Shown here: in pieces, positions 18,058 to 27,356 of the stretch
How positions within the stretch are numbered: the stretch's first letter is position 1
Layout of the letters: every line of letters starts with the position of its first letter
Made by a program: the position numbers and the translations under genes
IMG/VR virus record: IMGVR_UViG_3300017589_000114
Span: 1 to 39,640 of that record
DNA length: 39,640 nucleotides
Reading direction: 5' to 3' (one strand)
Source: a virus
Taxonomy: Duplodnaviria; Caudoviricetes
Notes under the pieces: model-generated
What the model was told of the DNA's origin: nothing
What the model saw: the letters and a program-made list of their open reading frames with translations, nothing else
The model's database searches: none

Positions 18058-18086
18058 CGGTCCACCTCCTTTTTGGGCATAAGAAA

Positions 18087-18115
18087 AGCCACTGCGGATT
18101 TCTCCTGCAGTGGCT
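18087..18115 (-). terminator. Stem-loop/terminator upstream of the HNH gene
   Basis: Minus strand AGCCACTGC-A-GGA-GAAA-TCC-GCAGTGGCT followed by TTTCTT. Confidence 0.6.
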
Positions 18116-18134
18116 AAGACAATATAATCTCTCA

Positions 18135-18186
18135 ATTATATAATACTAAAAAATTCAACTGCACTCAAGTGGACTTATGTGGACTT
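18135..18186 (-). promoter_or_regulatory. Putative late promoter with 10-bp phased activator repeats
   Basis: AAGTCCACAT / AAGTCCACTT / GAGTGCAGTT (18186-18157), then TATAAT at 18140-18135. Confidence 0.65.
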
Positions 18187-18828
18187 TACTATCCACTTTG
18201 AAGATTTTCTTCTATTAAGAACAGCATTGATGCCTGGAATCAATCTGGTGACATTCTTATTGATGTTGTCGGTAGGGATTCTAATTATCTCCCAACCTTC
18301 GCCAAGCTTATTGGTTATAACCTCATCACGGATGTTCTCATAATCTAGCCTGTCTTTGCCATGATAAATCTTACCATCAATCTCAAGGGCAACATTCATG
18401 TCAGGCAGAATGAAGTCAACGGAGTAGTCGAAGATTTTAACCTGATGGAATGCTTTAACACCACGGTGGATAAGTTCAAGTGCCACCATAATTTCTTCCG
18501 TGCTCTGATACCATCCAGGCTTACTTAGGTTCTGCTTTACTATACTGATAGCATTCTCATAGGATTTAATGTCAGTAACCTTAGATATTCTCTTGACTGC
18601 ATTTTCCAGCTTCTTCTGTTTCTTATCTGTGCTGATTGCATTTCCTTCTTCTCGTGTCTGTCGCACCAGTTCAGTTCTGCAGTCCTTGCAGGTGTATTGA
18701 GTACCACGAATATAAGACCAGCTATAAACCAGTGTACTACAGATATGGCAGGGTGGGTAATAACAATTATAATTATTCTTGTCCTTACGGATGGTAATTC
18801 CATCTTCTATAGCTTCATGCCAACTCAT
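18175..18828 (-). CDS. Zn-ribbon plus DUF559/Vsr-like PD-(D/E)XK endonuclease
   Basis: CHIC...CKDC; S.EE, YSVDF, ALEIDG..YH, RD, GWEIIRI. Confidence 0.8.
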   Translation of the reverse strand: MSWHEAIEDGITIRKDKNNYNCYYPPCHICSTLVYSWSYIRGTQYTCKDCRTELVRQTREEGNAISTDKKQKKLENAVKRISKVTDIKSYENAISIVKQNLSKPGWYQSTEEIMVALELIHRGVKAFHQVKIFDYSVDFILPDMNVALEIDGKIYHGKDRLDYENIRDEVITNKLGEGWEIIRIPTDNINKNVTRLIPGINAVLNRRKSSKWIVKST

Positions 18829-19255
18829 TTTTATTCTCCTTTCCAGATATAACCGCGTCCACAGCTCTAAGTGCTTTACGGTGAAGCTTCAGCACCCAGC
18901 TTACAGAGTAATCAAGGTCGTAGGCAATATCTTCCCAAGGCTGATAGCATAGATAACGCTTCTCAAGAATTAGCCTGTATTCAAGATTATTTACACTTTG
19001 GATTATCTCAAGGATACTAATTTTGTAATTCAGTAGTTGGGCAAGATCATCATTTAAATTGTTTTTAATATCAATAATCTTACAGACAGCATCTGCCATC
19101 TGAGATACAGATGAATTGGTGTTACGGGGCATTCCAGTTATGGCTGAAGTACAGTTCATAGCCATGTTTTCTAAGGATGCTACTTGTTCAAGCTTACTGT
19201 TTATACGCTGGTCAAGACGATAGGCCTGACCTAAAAGTTCTTTTGCTGTCATCAT
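18815..19255 (-). CDS. ArpU/RinA-like late transcriptional activator (DUF1492-like)
   Basis: MTAKE.L, RLILEKRYL....WEDIA.DL.YS...V.KLHRKAL sigma-4-like HTH. Confidence 0.85.
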   Translation of the reverse strand: MMTAKELLGQAYRLDQRINSKLEQVASLENMAMNCTSAITGMPRNTNSSVSQMADAVCKIIDIKNNLNDDLAQLLNYKISILEIIQSVNNLEYRLILEKRYLCYQPWEDIAYDLDYSVSWVLKLHRKALRAVDAVISGKENKNELA

Positions 19256-19470
19256 ATTACCTCCTCCTTAAGTTTACGGATAATCATATCTGGATCAACA
19301 GTAGTAAGTGATGCATACCAGTCGGAACGGAAAAATTGCTCCACTTCCTTTTTTATATATAAAACCTTTGAGCTCTGAGGGTGTTTGTTTAATTTCTTTA
19401 AGGCAAGGCGGTAGTCTTTAACAGCTTGTAGAATAATGGCATTTGCCAATCTTTCATATACATCATTCAT
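19252..19470 (-). CDS. Conserved phage hypothetical protein
   Basis: LANAIILQAVKDYR and EVEQFFRSDW motifs; overlaps both neighbours. Confidence 0.8.
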   Translation of the reverse strand: MNDVYERLANAIILQAVKDYRLALKKLNKHPQSSKVLYIKKEVEQFFRSDWYASLTTVDPDMIIRKLKEEVI

Positions 19471-20828
19471 AGGTTTTACCTCCTTGCAGAGTTACTCTTA
19501 CTGCATCAATTAATGCAGATTGTGTTTTATCCTTATTCTTAAGAGCCTTTATTACACCTTCGTCAATGGTTCCTTTTGTAATGATGTGGTGAATTACTAC
19601 TGTTTCACGTTGACCTTGTCTCCAGAGCCTTGCATTAGTTTGCTGATAAAGTTCTAAACTCCATGTCAGTCCAAACCATACAAGTGTTGAGCCACCGGCC
19701 TGAAGATTTAAACCGTGTCCTGCAGATGCAGGATGAATGATTGCAACAGGTATTTCACCGTTGTTCCAAGCTATGATGTCCTTTGAAGTCTTGATTTCAC
19801 GGACCTTGAATCTCGCCTTGATTCGATCCATATCGTGATTATACCAATAGGCAATCAGGACAGGTTTTCCGTTTGCCCCTTCTATTAAATCTTCAAGAGC
19901 ATCAAGCTTTCGATCATGTATAAAATGGACAGTTTTATTTTCATCATATATAGCTCCGTTTGCCATCTGAAGAAGTTTACCTGAAAGGACTGCAGCATTC
20001 ATAGCATCTATCTCCTCATCACCAAGTTCAAGCAACATGTCTTCACGAAAGCTTTCATATAAAGACTGCTCCTTTTCATTCAGATACACAGGCACTTCAT
20101 TAATAACACATTCCGGCATTTTCAGAAAATCCACTGATTTCATGGAAATGGTTATATCAGAAATAAGCCTATATATAGCATCTTCAGCACCATGTAAGGG
20201 TTTATATGAAAATATCATCTGCTGATTTCGCTTGTCTGGGGTAAAGAAGCAACTACGGTAGTGAGTTATATATCTGCCCAGTCTTTCACCCATGTCAAGA
20301 ATACGAAACTCTGCCCACAAATCCATCAATCCATTACTTGATGGTGTGCCCGTAAGACCCACAACACGTTTTACATGTGGTCTGACTTTTAATAAACTCT
20401 TGAACCTCTTCGCACTATAGGACTTAAAGGATGAAAGTTCATCTACAATTACCATGTCAAAGGTAAAGGAAATATCACTTTTGTTTATTAACCAGTCTAC
20501 ATTTTCTCTGTTTATAATATAAATACTTGCAGGTTCTTTAAGTGCCGCTAAACGCTCCTGCTCTGTACCTATTGCTAATGAATAGCTAAGTCCTTTAAGG
20601 TGATCCCATTTATTTATCTCAGCAGGCCATGTATTTTTAGCAACTCTTAAAGGGGCAATAACCAGAACCTTTCCTATTTCAAAGCTATCAAGACATAAAT
20701 CGAAAATGGCGGATAATGTAATTACTGTTTTATCAACCTAAGCCCATATCCAAAAACAAGGCTGCAACTGAATGATTTAAAATATGGTCGATTGCAAATT
20801 CTTGATAGTTGTGTGGTATGAACTTCAC
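19463..20828 (-). pseudogene. SNF2/DEAD-box helicase interrupted by a 4-nt insert (TGAT) in Walker A; pseudogene or recoded gene
   Basis: GTG at 20828 gives MKFIPHNYQ...LFLDMGLG-stop. After skipping 20735-20732 the frame continues KTVITL...VIVDELS...GLTGTP...GHGLNLQ...Q.NARLWRQGQ to 19463 (453 aa if repaired). Confidence 0.85.
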
Positions 20829-21112
20829 TAGGCATCACCTCCAATCTGATTAAGTATAATGCTTATCATTTCTATGCTATCAACCACATAACAGGCAAAT
20901 CCTAATTTCTGTAGTTGTTTTATTCTTCTAACCTGCAGCGGCCTTAGTTTTTTCCCGGGTGCCTTTAATTCTACAAATGCCATCTTCCCATTTGGTAACA
21001 GCACCAATCTGTCTGGTACTCCATCAAACCCAGGAGATGTGAATTTTGGACAAATACCATCCAATTTTTTCACTTGTGTTATGAGCTTTTGTTCTATATG
21101 TTTTTCAAGCAT
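20828..21112 (-). CDS. VRR-NUC domain nuclease
   Basis: EK.IEQ.L, G.PDRLVL, FVELKAPG, PLQ. Confidence 0.92.
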   Translation of the reverse strand: MLEKHIEQKLITQVKKLDGICPKFTSPGFDGVPDRLVLLPNGKMAFVELKAPGKKLRPLQVRRIKQLQKLGFACYVVDSIEMISIILNQIGGDA

Positions 21113-21145
21113 TTCTTGCCTCCTTTTCGTCAGTGATAAATGTAG

Positions 21146-21242
21146 TGTGCAGGTCTGTGAAGGCTATTTCTATAACTTATATATAGGCTACTTTTTTATG
21201 CCTTAAGAGAGGTTTATAATATGACCTGCTCCGACCTTCACA
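21146..21242. repeat. Putative replication origin: two converging pairs of 10-bp iterons around an AT-rich core
   Basis: TGTGCAGGTC TGTGAAGGCT (21146-21165) and inverted GACCTGCTCC GACCTTCACA (21223-21242), directly downstream of the primase gene. Confidence 0.6.
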
Positions 21243-21258
21243 TTTAACGAAGATTGGC

Positions 21259-23508
21259 TTATTTCAAGAACTCTGTCTTTAGTCTTAGTCCTTTTACAAT
21301 AATCCCCATCCTTGTTTTTTGCCTTTCTAATCCAGTCGCATCAAGAGCCGTATAAAAGTCAGTTGTACTTCTTGCATATTCTCCAGTGCGAATGCAGAAT
21401 GCACGATATTCGCTGTATACCTCTCCGGATTTTGACGTATATGTTTCGTCAATCTCACAACATTCCACAAGAAAATGTGAAAGCCAGTCATTGTTTTCCT
21501 TATAGACCTTTATTGCGTCTTTAACTTTCTGAGGGGGTTCAATTCTATATGCATCCTTTATAGCTTTTTTTGCCCCTTCAATAATCCAGGTAAGAATCGC
21601 ACCACCTGCGTTTTCGAAAAGATAATCCGCATAATTCTTTATATCTTCTTTGCCTTCAATCTTTGCTGCAAAAGGAATAACAATCAACCTTCGCCATGTA
21701 CCTTTATCAATTGCCCCAACCTTTGGCAGGTGATTGGTATACAAAACAAGTGTATGGCTTGGAATATAGCTGAATGGGTCTTTATATTTCTTTTCAGCAT
21801 AAATTTCATCGGTGGAGCAAAGCTGTTTGACATTGGAGGTATTAAGACGCATACCTTCCTCCATTTCAGCTGCAATAAGTAATCTTTTCCCCTTCGCCTC
21901 GGCTAACTCTGGTTTTACATTTCTCCGACAACCTACTGTCAACATATCAGCTGAGATATTTCCGCTATACGAACCAAGAACTCTTGATACTACATTCCAA
22001 AATGTAGATTTACCATTACGGCCTTCTCCATAAGCAATAATTAATGCCTCCACATAAACTTTACCAATAGCTGAAAGTCCTACGATTTTTTGCACATAAT
22101 TTATTAAATCTTCATCACCTAAGAAAAATGTATTTAATGCATCCTCCCATTCATTTGCACCCACATCATTTGGATCTAATGCAGTCTCTTTAGTTATAAA
22201 ATGTGAAGCATCATGCTCCATTACAAAACATATTCCTTTTCTTAAATCGTAAGTAGCTGATGGCGTATTTAACAAAAACTCATCTGCATCAAGAGTTCCT
22301 TGTTCAATTTCAAGCATAGGGCGCACTTCCCTTAATGCTGATGTGATATATTTTGAATCTCTTCGTTTGATTGCATAATTTCTGTAGAAATTAGCTGCCT
22401 CATATATATCAAAAGAACGTGACTGCTTTTCATTAAAAGCATTTATGGCTTTCTTTGGTCCCATTGCTGATAAAATTTCCACGGCACCATTCTTAGTCAT
22501 TTCAGCCATTGCCTTTTTCATTTCTGTTTCAGCCTCTTCAAGTTGCCTGGTGGTTAGCTCCTGTGCAATTGCCTGCGACTTTGGTTTTGACTCCTCCCAA
22601 AAGCTACCGTTATATACGATATAATCTGTGGACGGTGAGTATCTGAGTATATTCTTATATTCTCTTGCAAGCACAACCGCCTGGCCAACATCAGAGAAAT
22701 CATAGGGCTTTAATATAGAATCTGAATTATATGCCTCCGGGGGAATATAATCTTTTTGTAATGTCACACGTTTCCCAAAGCTCACAGCACTACTCCATAT
22801 TAGCTTTAGTTCACTATCTTCAAGAGGTGGATTGCATTTTTTTGCCTGCAACAAAAACAGCGCATATGCTTCATTGGTGTTTCCATAACGCTTTATTACT
22901 TTTCCGGCATAATGGGACATTGTGCTGTTTCGTTTCCCCTCAGGCACCTCTTCTTGTTCATTATCCCAATTAGCAAAAGCCATCTCTTCTAAAAACTCAT
23001 CTATACTTTTATTACCTTCATATAATTCCACATCAGCATTATCAGTTCCAAAAAGCAGTCTTGCACTGTCAAGAGCCTTTGTATCGAAGTAGGGAAACAC
23101 CGATACAATCCGCTGTTTTAAGGTGACATATTCATCTTGGTCTGTTGTTTCCTGTATCATGAAGTAAACGTGAAACCTCGGACGGGCTGATTTGCTGCCT
23201 TTTTGCTTCATATGATTTCTGCTGTAAACCACCACAAAGGGAACATCTAAAAATGTGGTGGCTACATCAACCGAGGTAACCCAATCTTTCGGATTGTCCG
23301 AATGTTCATTGTCACAATCAAGTGCTGCATTATCTGCCCTAATAAAATTAGCATTGCTGCGGTAGTTTTCTTTATATTCTGCAGTAACATGGTCAAACTT
23401 GCTTGCTTTAAGTATTGATTCCTTATCCGTGATTACGGCTTTTTTGGGATAAATGCAGTTTGAAAGATTGCCTGTACAATCCGCTGTATATAAAGTAAAC
23501 TTAATCAT
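21259..23508 (-). CDS. Phage/plasmid primase-helicase, P4 family (primase, PriCT, D5-like SF3 helicase)
   Basis: ALDCDN, RFHVYF, EGKRNS, C.PPL...EL, GEGRNGKST, TNHLP, WRRLIVIPF. Confidence 0.93.
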   Translation of the reverse strand: MIKFTLYTADCTGNLSNCIYPKKAVITDKESILKASKFDHVTAEYKENYRSNANFIRADNAALDCDNEHSDNPKDWVTSVDVATTFLDVPFVVVYSRNHMKQKGSKSARPRFHVYFMIQETTDQDEYVTLKQRIVSVFPYFDTKALDSARLLFGTDNADVELYEGNKSIDEFLEEMAFANWDNEQEEVPEGKRNSTMSHYAGKVIKRYGNTNEAYALFLLQAKKCNPPLEDSELKLIWSSAVSFGKRVTLQKDYIPPEAYNSDSILKPYDFSDVGQAVVLAREYKNILRYSPSTDYIVYNGSFWEESKPKSQAIAQELTTRQLEEAETEMKKAMAEMTKNGAVEILSAMGPKKAINAFNEKQSRSFDIYEAANFYRNYAIKRRDSKYITSALREVRPMLEIEQGTLDADEFLLNTPSATYDLRKGICFVMEHDASHFITKETALDPNDVGANEWEDALNTFFLGDEDLINYVQKIVGLSAIGKVYVEALIIAYGEGRNGKSTFWNVVSRVLGSYSGNISADMLTVGCRRNVKPELAEAKGKRLLIAAEMEEGMRLNTSNVKQLCSTDEIYAEKKYKDPFSYIPSHTLVLYTNHLPKVGAIDKGTWRRLIVIPFAAKIEGKEDIKNYADYLFENAGGAILTWIIEGAKKAIKDAYRIEPPQKVKDAIKVYKENNDWLSHFLVECCEIDETYTSKSGEVYSEYRAFCIRTGEYARSTTDFYTALDATGLERQKTRMGIIVKGLRLKTEFLK

Positions 23509-23936
23509 TCAAAAACCTCCTCATATCCCTCATTAAAATACCTGACATTCTGTCTGCGTTTTTTAGCTACTTCAATCTCTCTTACCATACCGCTTGATAT
23601 TGTACTGCCAAGCACCCATACCTCGGAGCATTTTCCCATGAGCACGATATCCATAAAAATCGCAAGTTCCCTCTCTTCTATATCCTCATCATCCATAAAT
23701 TGTGGAAACAGAAGATGCGGGGCAATCGGAATACAATTTTGCTCTAAGGCAAACCTACAAAAGCTACGAGCCTTATTAACATTTTCCTCTACATTGCCTG
23801 AATAGGGAGAACATATATATACAAGTGGCTTAAAGGCAGATTTCTTCTCTGCCTTCTCCTTTTTCATAATGTTTGTTAGTGCTTCATGTGGAGTTGGGTC
23901 CCTGTAACCTTCAGGATTGTACTTATTTATTCCCAT
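23505..23936 (-). CDS. DUF4406-like protein (nucleoside deoxyribosyltransferase-like fold)
   Basis: VYICSPYSG, PIAPHL.FPQF, C.EVWV.G..IS.GM..EI. Confidence 0.8.
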   Translation of the reverse strand: MGINKYNPEGYRDPTPHEALTNIMKKEKAEKKSAFKPLVYICSPYSGNVEENVNKARSFCRFALEQNCIPIAPHLLFPQFMDDEDIEERELAIFMDIVLMGKCSEVWVLGSTISSGMVREIEVAKKRRQNVRYFNEGYEEVFE

Positions 23937-24697
23937 TACACACCCTCCATTTCTATCTGTGGCAGAATGCCGTCTGACTTCATCAATTCGTAGATGAAGA
24001 GTCTGCCTTTTTGTGTCCAGTAGGTATGAACCTTTGTGTGTTGTTCACCTCTACTTCCAAGATAACTGTGCGTCTTGGTGCTGGTATAGCCATTTTCCGC
24101 ATACTTCTGATATAAAAGCCAGATGTCACCTTGCTTAAACTGGATGCCCTTTTCATGTAAATAACGGTTCATCCATATAGCCGACTTACCATAGTCCTTA
24201 GCAATTGCTGATGTAGAAATAAGGTCTTTGCAATTTAGTACCACATCGAAATATGATACTTTCGGCTTCATTTCTGTAATCTGCTGATTCTGAATAGCAA
24301 TGGTTCCTTCAAATAGTTTATTTTGATGTCTTACAAGGATAAGTTGCTGATTGGCATACTGTAATGCCTTCGCCATGATTGCCTCTGGGGAATTCCATGC
24401 TTTTTCTAACTCCAAGAAATACTGCCTATACCTTTTTCCAATTTCGGTACGTTGAATCATACAGATTTCCTTTGCCATATCTATGGTCAGCTGATGTTCA
24501 GTGAGTGGCTTGCCTGGTAACCCATCAGACCTATTTCTCAAAAATGAGAGATAGTCAATTCCTTCTGAAAAACCATATTCGCACATTCTGGGAAACCAAT
24601 CTGCATACTTTGTAGTTATCTGTAAAGCAGCGTGTAAATCTCGACCACTTACAGTAGGTCGCTCACTGTCATAATTGATTTTTATTAATTCGTCCAT
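23936..24697 (-). CDS. Phage antirepressor (AntA/AntB plus KilAC domains)
   Basis: VSGRDLH..L, DMAKEICMIQR, MKPKV.YFD.VL, IAKDYG.SA, TYWTQKGRLFIY. Confidence 0.9.
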   Translation of the reverse strand: MDELIKINYDSERPTVSGRDLHAALQITTKYADWFPRMCEYGFSEGIDYLSFLRNRSDGLPGKPLTEHQLTIDMAKEICMIQRTEIGKRYRQYFLELEKAWNSPEAIMAKALQYANQQLILVRHQNKLFEGTIAIQNQQITEMKPKVSYFDVVLNCKDLISTSAIAKDYGKSAIWMNRYLHEKGIQFKQGDIWLLYQKYAENGYTSTKTHSYLGSRGEQHTKVHTYWTQKGRLFIYELMKSDGILPQIEMEGV

Positions 24698-24735
24698 ACG
24701 AATTACCTCCTGTTTTTATTATCAGAGAGGTTTGC

Positions 24736-24780
24736 CCCTCTAATTAATAGCCACAGGAGGTAATGAAAGTTGAGGACTTT
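24736..24780 (-). promoter_or_regulatory. Repeat copy 1, putative phage-sigma-dependent promoter
   Basis: 36/45 identical to 29036-29080 without gaps; upstream of the antirepressor-primase genes. Confidence 0.6.
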
Positions 24781-24790
24781 AAAAATTCTT

Positions 24791-26731
24791 TTAATCTTTT
24801 TTATAAAATTCACATTCGTATCCATCAGCACGAAGTAATAGTCCTTTTGCCCAATACGGCGTTATAGCCATTTGTTCACACACTGTCTGCAGTGACAACT
24901 GATGGTCAGCTTCAATAATTATTTCATCATGAACATGTGCTACAATGGAACAATTCTTTAATGTCTGCATGGCATTACACAAAATATCACGACTTATTGC
25001 CTGAACTATATTTTCAACGAATTTCGGTCCGTAGGACTGTATTCGTTCCCACTTTTTTGTTCCTCCGACACCTTCGTAAGTCACACACTCTGAATCAAAT
25101 TGGTTAGTGCCGATGCGTGGTTTTACATAAGCGAGGTGTCTACCTGAAGGAAGTACTATAAATAGCATTCCGCTTTGATATATGAATTTAATTCCATGTG
25201 TTTCAGTGCGTGTTCTCTGCTTAATACATACTTTTACAGCATTGTCAACAGTCCACCAGAAACGAACAATATTTGGATTGGCAGCCCGCCAAGCATTAAC
25301 AAGAGGTTTAAGCTCTTCTTCAGTTAGACCCATTTCAAGTGCCCCCATTGCTATTAAGGCACCAACTGATCCACCGTAGCCACAGGCTAAATCTGCTACT
25401 TTACCTTTTTGCCTTAAAGGACTTTTTTTATCAATTTCCTCAATGGGAACATTAAACATCTGACTTGCAGTTGCTGTGTATAAATCATTTTTCATACTAT
25501 AAGCATCAAGCACCCATTTTTCATCTGCGAGCCAAGCTAACACAACTCTCTCTATAGATGAAAAGTCTGCAACAATAAATTTATATCCTTCTTCGGGAAT
25601 GAAAGCGGTACGGATAAGCTCTGATAGCACCTCAGGCACAGAATCATAAAGGATTTCTAAAGCAGTAAAATTTCCGCTTCGAACTAAAGCGCGAGCCTGT
25701 TCTAAATCGGGCATATGGTTTTGAGGAAGATTTTGCAACTGAATAATCCTTCCAGAATATCTCCCAGTTCTATTTGCTCCATAGAATTGAAACATCCCAT
25801 GAGCTCGTCTATCAGAACACACTGCATTTTCCATAGCTTGATATTTCTTTATGGATGATTTTGCTAATTGCTGCCTAAGAATAAGCACTTCCCCAAGTGA
25901 GGTAGGTGCGGATTCTAATAACTCTGCAACTGCTTTTTTATCAAGAGTTTCAGTTTCGAGTCCATTACCTGCTAACCATTCTTTTAACTGTTGTACTGAG
26001 TTTGGATTCTCTAAGTTAGTAATATCTTGCATAATAGCAGTTAATTTTTCACGAGAATGCTCACCAATGGCAACTGCTTGTTTTACAAAATCCATATCTA
26101 TAGCAATGCCGCGGTCATTAATTTTTTGGTCAAGGTGATATTCTGCCCAGATATTCTCAGGCACCGGGAACTTGGATAATTTCTTTTGTATCTGTATCTC
26201 AACCTCAACATCACGTAGGTTATATGCTATAAAACATTGCCATTTATCCATATCATGTTCCGGCAAATTACGAACCCTTCCCCCATTAACTTTAGTAGGA
26301 GGGCAAGGTGAGCAGAAATGTTTGATTAAGTTTTTCCCTTCTATCAATTTTTGTTTTTCTAATCCTAAAACAGCACCGACACCTTCAAGGGATAACGGCA
26401 ATCCTAAAACTGCTGACCATACCATTGAACATTTCCACGATGCAGGGTCAATATATTCCCCTGCTGGAAACCCAAGATGCTTTGACAGGCACACTCTTTC
26501 AAACATTGAATTAAATGCCCACTTAACAATAGAATCATCCGTAAGAGCATTAATAATTTCATCTGGTAGTTCACCTCCAATAGTTAGGTCAACAACCATT
26601 ACTTCACCACCGTCCACAGAATAACCAAATAGCAGAATTTCAAAATCATCACTCTCAGCATAACGATAAACACCTGCCTTTTGTAGATTAACACTTGAAA
26701 ATGTCTCAATGTCAACAGATATTGATTTCAT
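24791..26731 (-). CDS. Phage DNA polymerase, family A (start probably 26731)
   Basis: Exonuclease motifs DIET and AFN..FER; RTGR.SGR..Q.QNLP; motif A ADFSSIE; motif B RQKGKVADLACGYG; motif C HVHDE. Confidence 0.93.
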   Translation of the reverse strand: MKSISVDIETFSSVNLQKAGVYRYAESDDFEILLFGYSVDGGEVMVVDLTIGGELPDEIINALTDDSIVKWAFNSMFERVCLSKHLGFPAGEYIDPASWKCSMVWSAVLGLPLSLEGVGAVLGLEKQKLIEGKNLIKHFCSPCPPTKVNGGRVRNLPEHDMDKWQCFIAYNLRDVEVEIQIQKKLSKFPVPENIWAEYHLDQKINDRGIAIDMDFVKQAVAIGEHSREKLTAIMQDITNLENPNSVQQLKEWLAGNGLETETLDKKAVAELLESAPTSLGEVLILRQQLAKSSIKKYQAMENAVCSDRRAHGMFQFYGANRTGRYSGRIIQLQNLPQNHMPDLEQARALVRSGNFTALEILYDSVPEVLSELIRTAFIPEEGYKFIVADFSSIERVVLAWLADEKWVLDAYSMKNDLYTATASQMFNVPIEEIDKKSPLRQKGKVADLACGYGGSVGALIAMGALEMGLTEEELKPLVNAWRAANPNIVRFWWTVDNAVKVCIKQRTRTETHGIKFIYQSGMLFIVLPSGRHLAYVKPRIGTNQFDSECVTYEGVGGTKKWERIQSYGPKFVENIVQAISRDILCNAMQTLKNCSIVAHVHDEIIIEADHQLSLQTVCEQMAITPYWAKGLLLRADGYECEFYKKD

Positions 26732-26757
26732 ATATTTCCATCCTTTCCAATGAAACA

Positions 26758-26785
26758 AGGTGACAGAAAAGTGTCTCCGCCACCT
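26758..26785 (-). terminator. Stem-loop between the SSB and DNA polymerase genes
   Basis: Minus strand AGGTGGCGG...CTGTCACCT followed by TGTTT (includes G-U pairs). Confidence 0.45.
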
Positions 26786-26801
26786 ATTTCATTTATATCT
26801 T

Positions 26802-27356
26802 TTATTCTAAAAAGTTATTATCTTCAACAGTGGTGAAATCTTCCGCAGCATTTGTTCTGTTGCCTAAGGTTTCGCCATCTTTAATCTTCTGAATATTGCC
26901 AAGACCACAGGCCACACCTTTATTGCCATTTGAATTGAAAGCATAAAAATTAAGTGATACTCTTGCATAGCAACCACTATATACCTCGTTGCGGTCAAGT
27001 ATAGGTCTTACTGCTTTGTCTACAATCTGAGGTGGAGTATTGCTGTTGGCATTTATAAAATAATGACCTTTGTAAGCTTCGTCATCACGCTCCGCATCGC
27101 CATCCCTAAGTGGTAGCTTAATGGCAGTCTTATTTGGCTTCTTTCCACCAAACTTGGCAAGACCTTCTTCAATAGCTGCATCTATTGCAGTATTTATTGC
27201 ATTGATAGTTTCCTTATCTGTTTTAGGAATTAACACTGACACGCTGTACTTTTCCGCTCCTCCATTTATGGATACAGGCTCCCAACCATGAAAGTATGAA
27301 AGACGAGTGTTTACACCAGTTATAACTTTTGTTCTGTTTTGATTATTCATTTTCAT
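26802..27356 (-). CDS. DUF2815 family ssDNA-binding protein (T7 gp2.5-like)
   Basis: RLSY, KYSVSVLIPK.D, PLRDGD, VYSGCYARVS, GLGNIQKIKDGE.L, acidic tail. Confidence 0.9.
   Translation of the reverse strand: MKMNNQNRTKVITGVNTRLSYFHGWEPVSINGGAEKYSVSVLIPKTDKETINAINTAIDAAIEEGLAKFGGKKPNKTAIKLPLRDGDAERDDEAYKGHYFINANSNTPPQIVDKAVRPILDRNEVYSGCYARVSLNFYAFNSNGNKGVACGLGNIQKIKDGETLGNRTNAAEDFTTVEDNNFLE

Noticed and set aside
20733-20735. TGA in the helicase as selenocysteine or simple readthrough
   Set aside because: The downstream coding sequence is in a different frame, so readthrough alone cannot restore the protein
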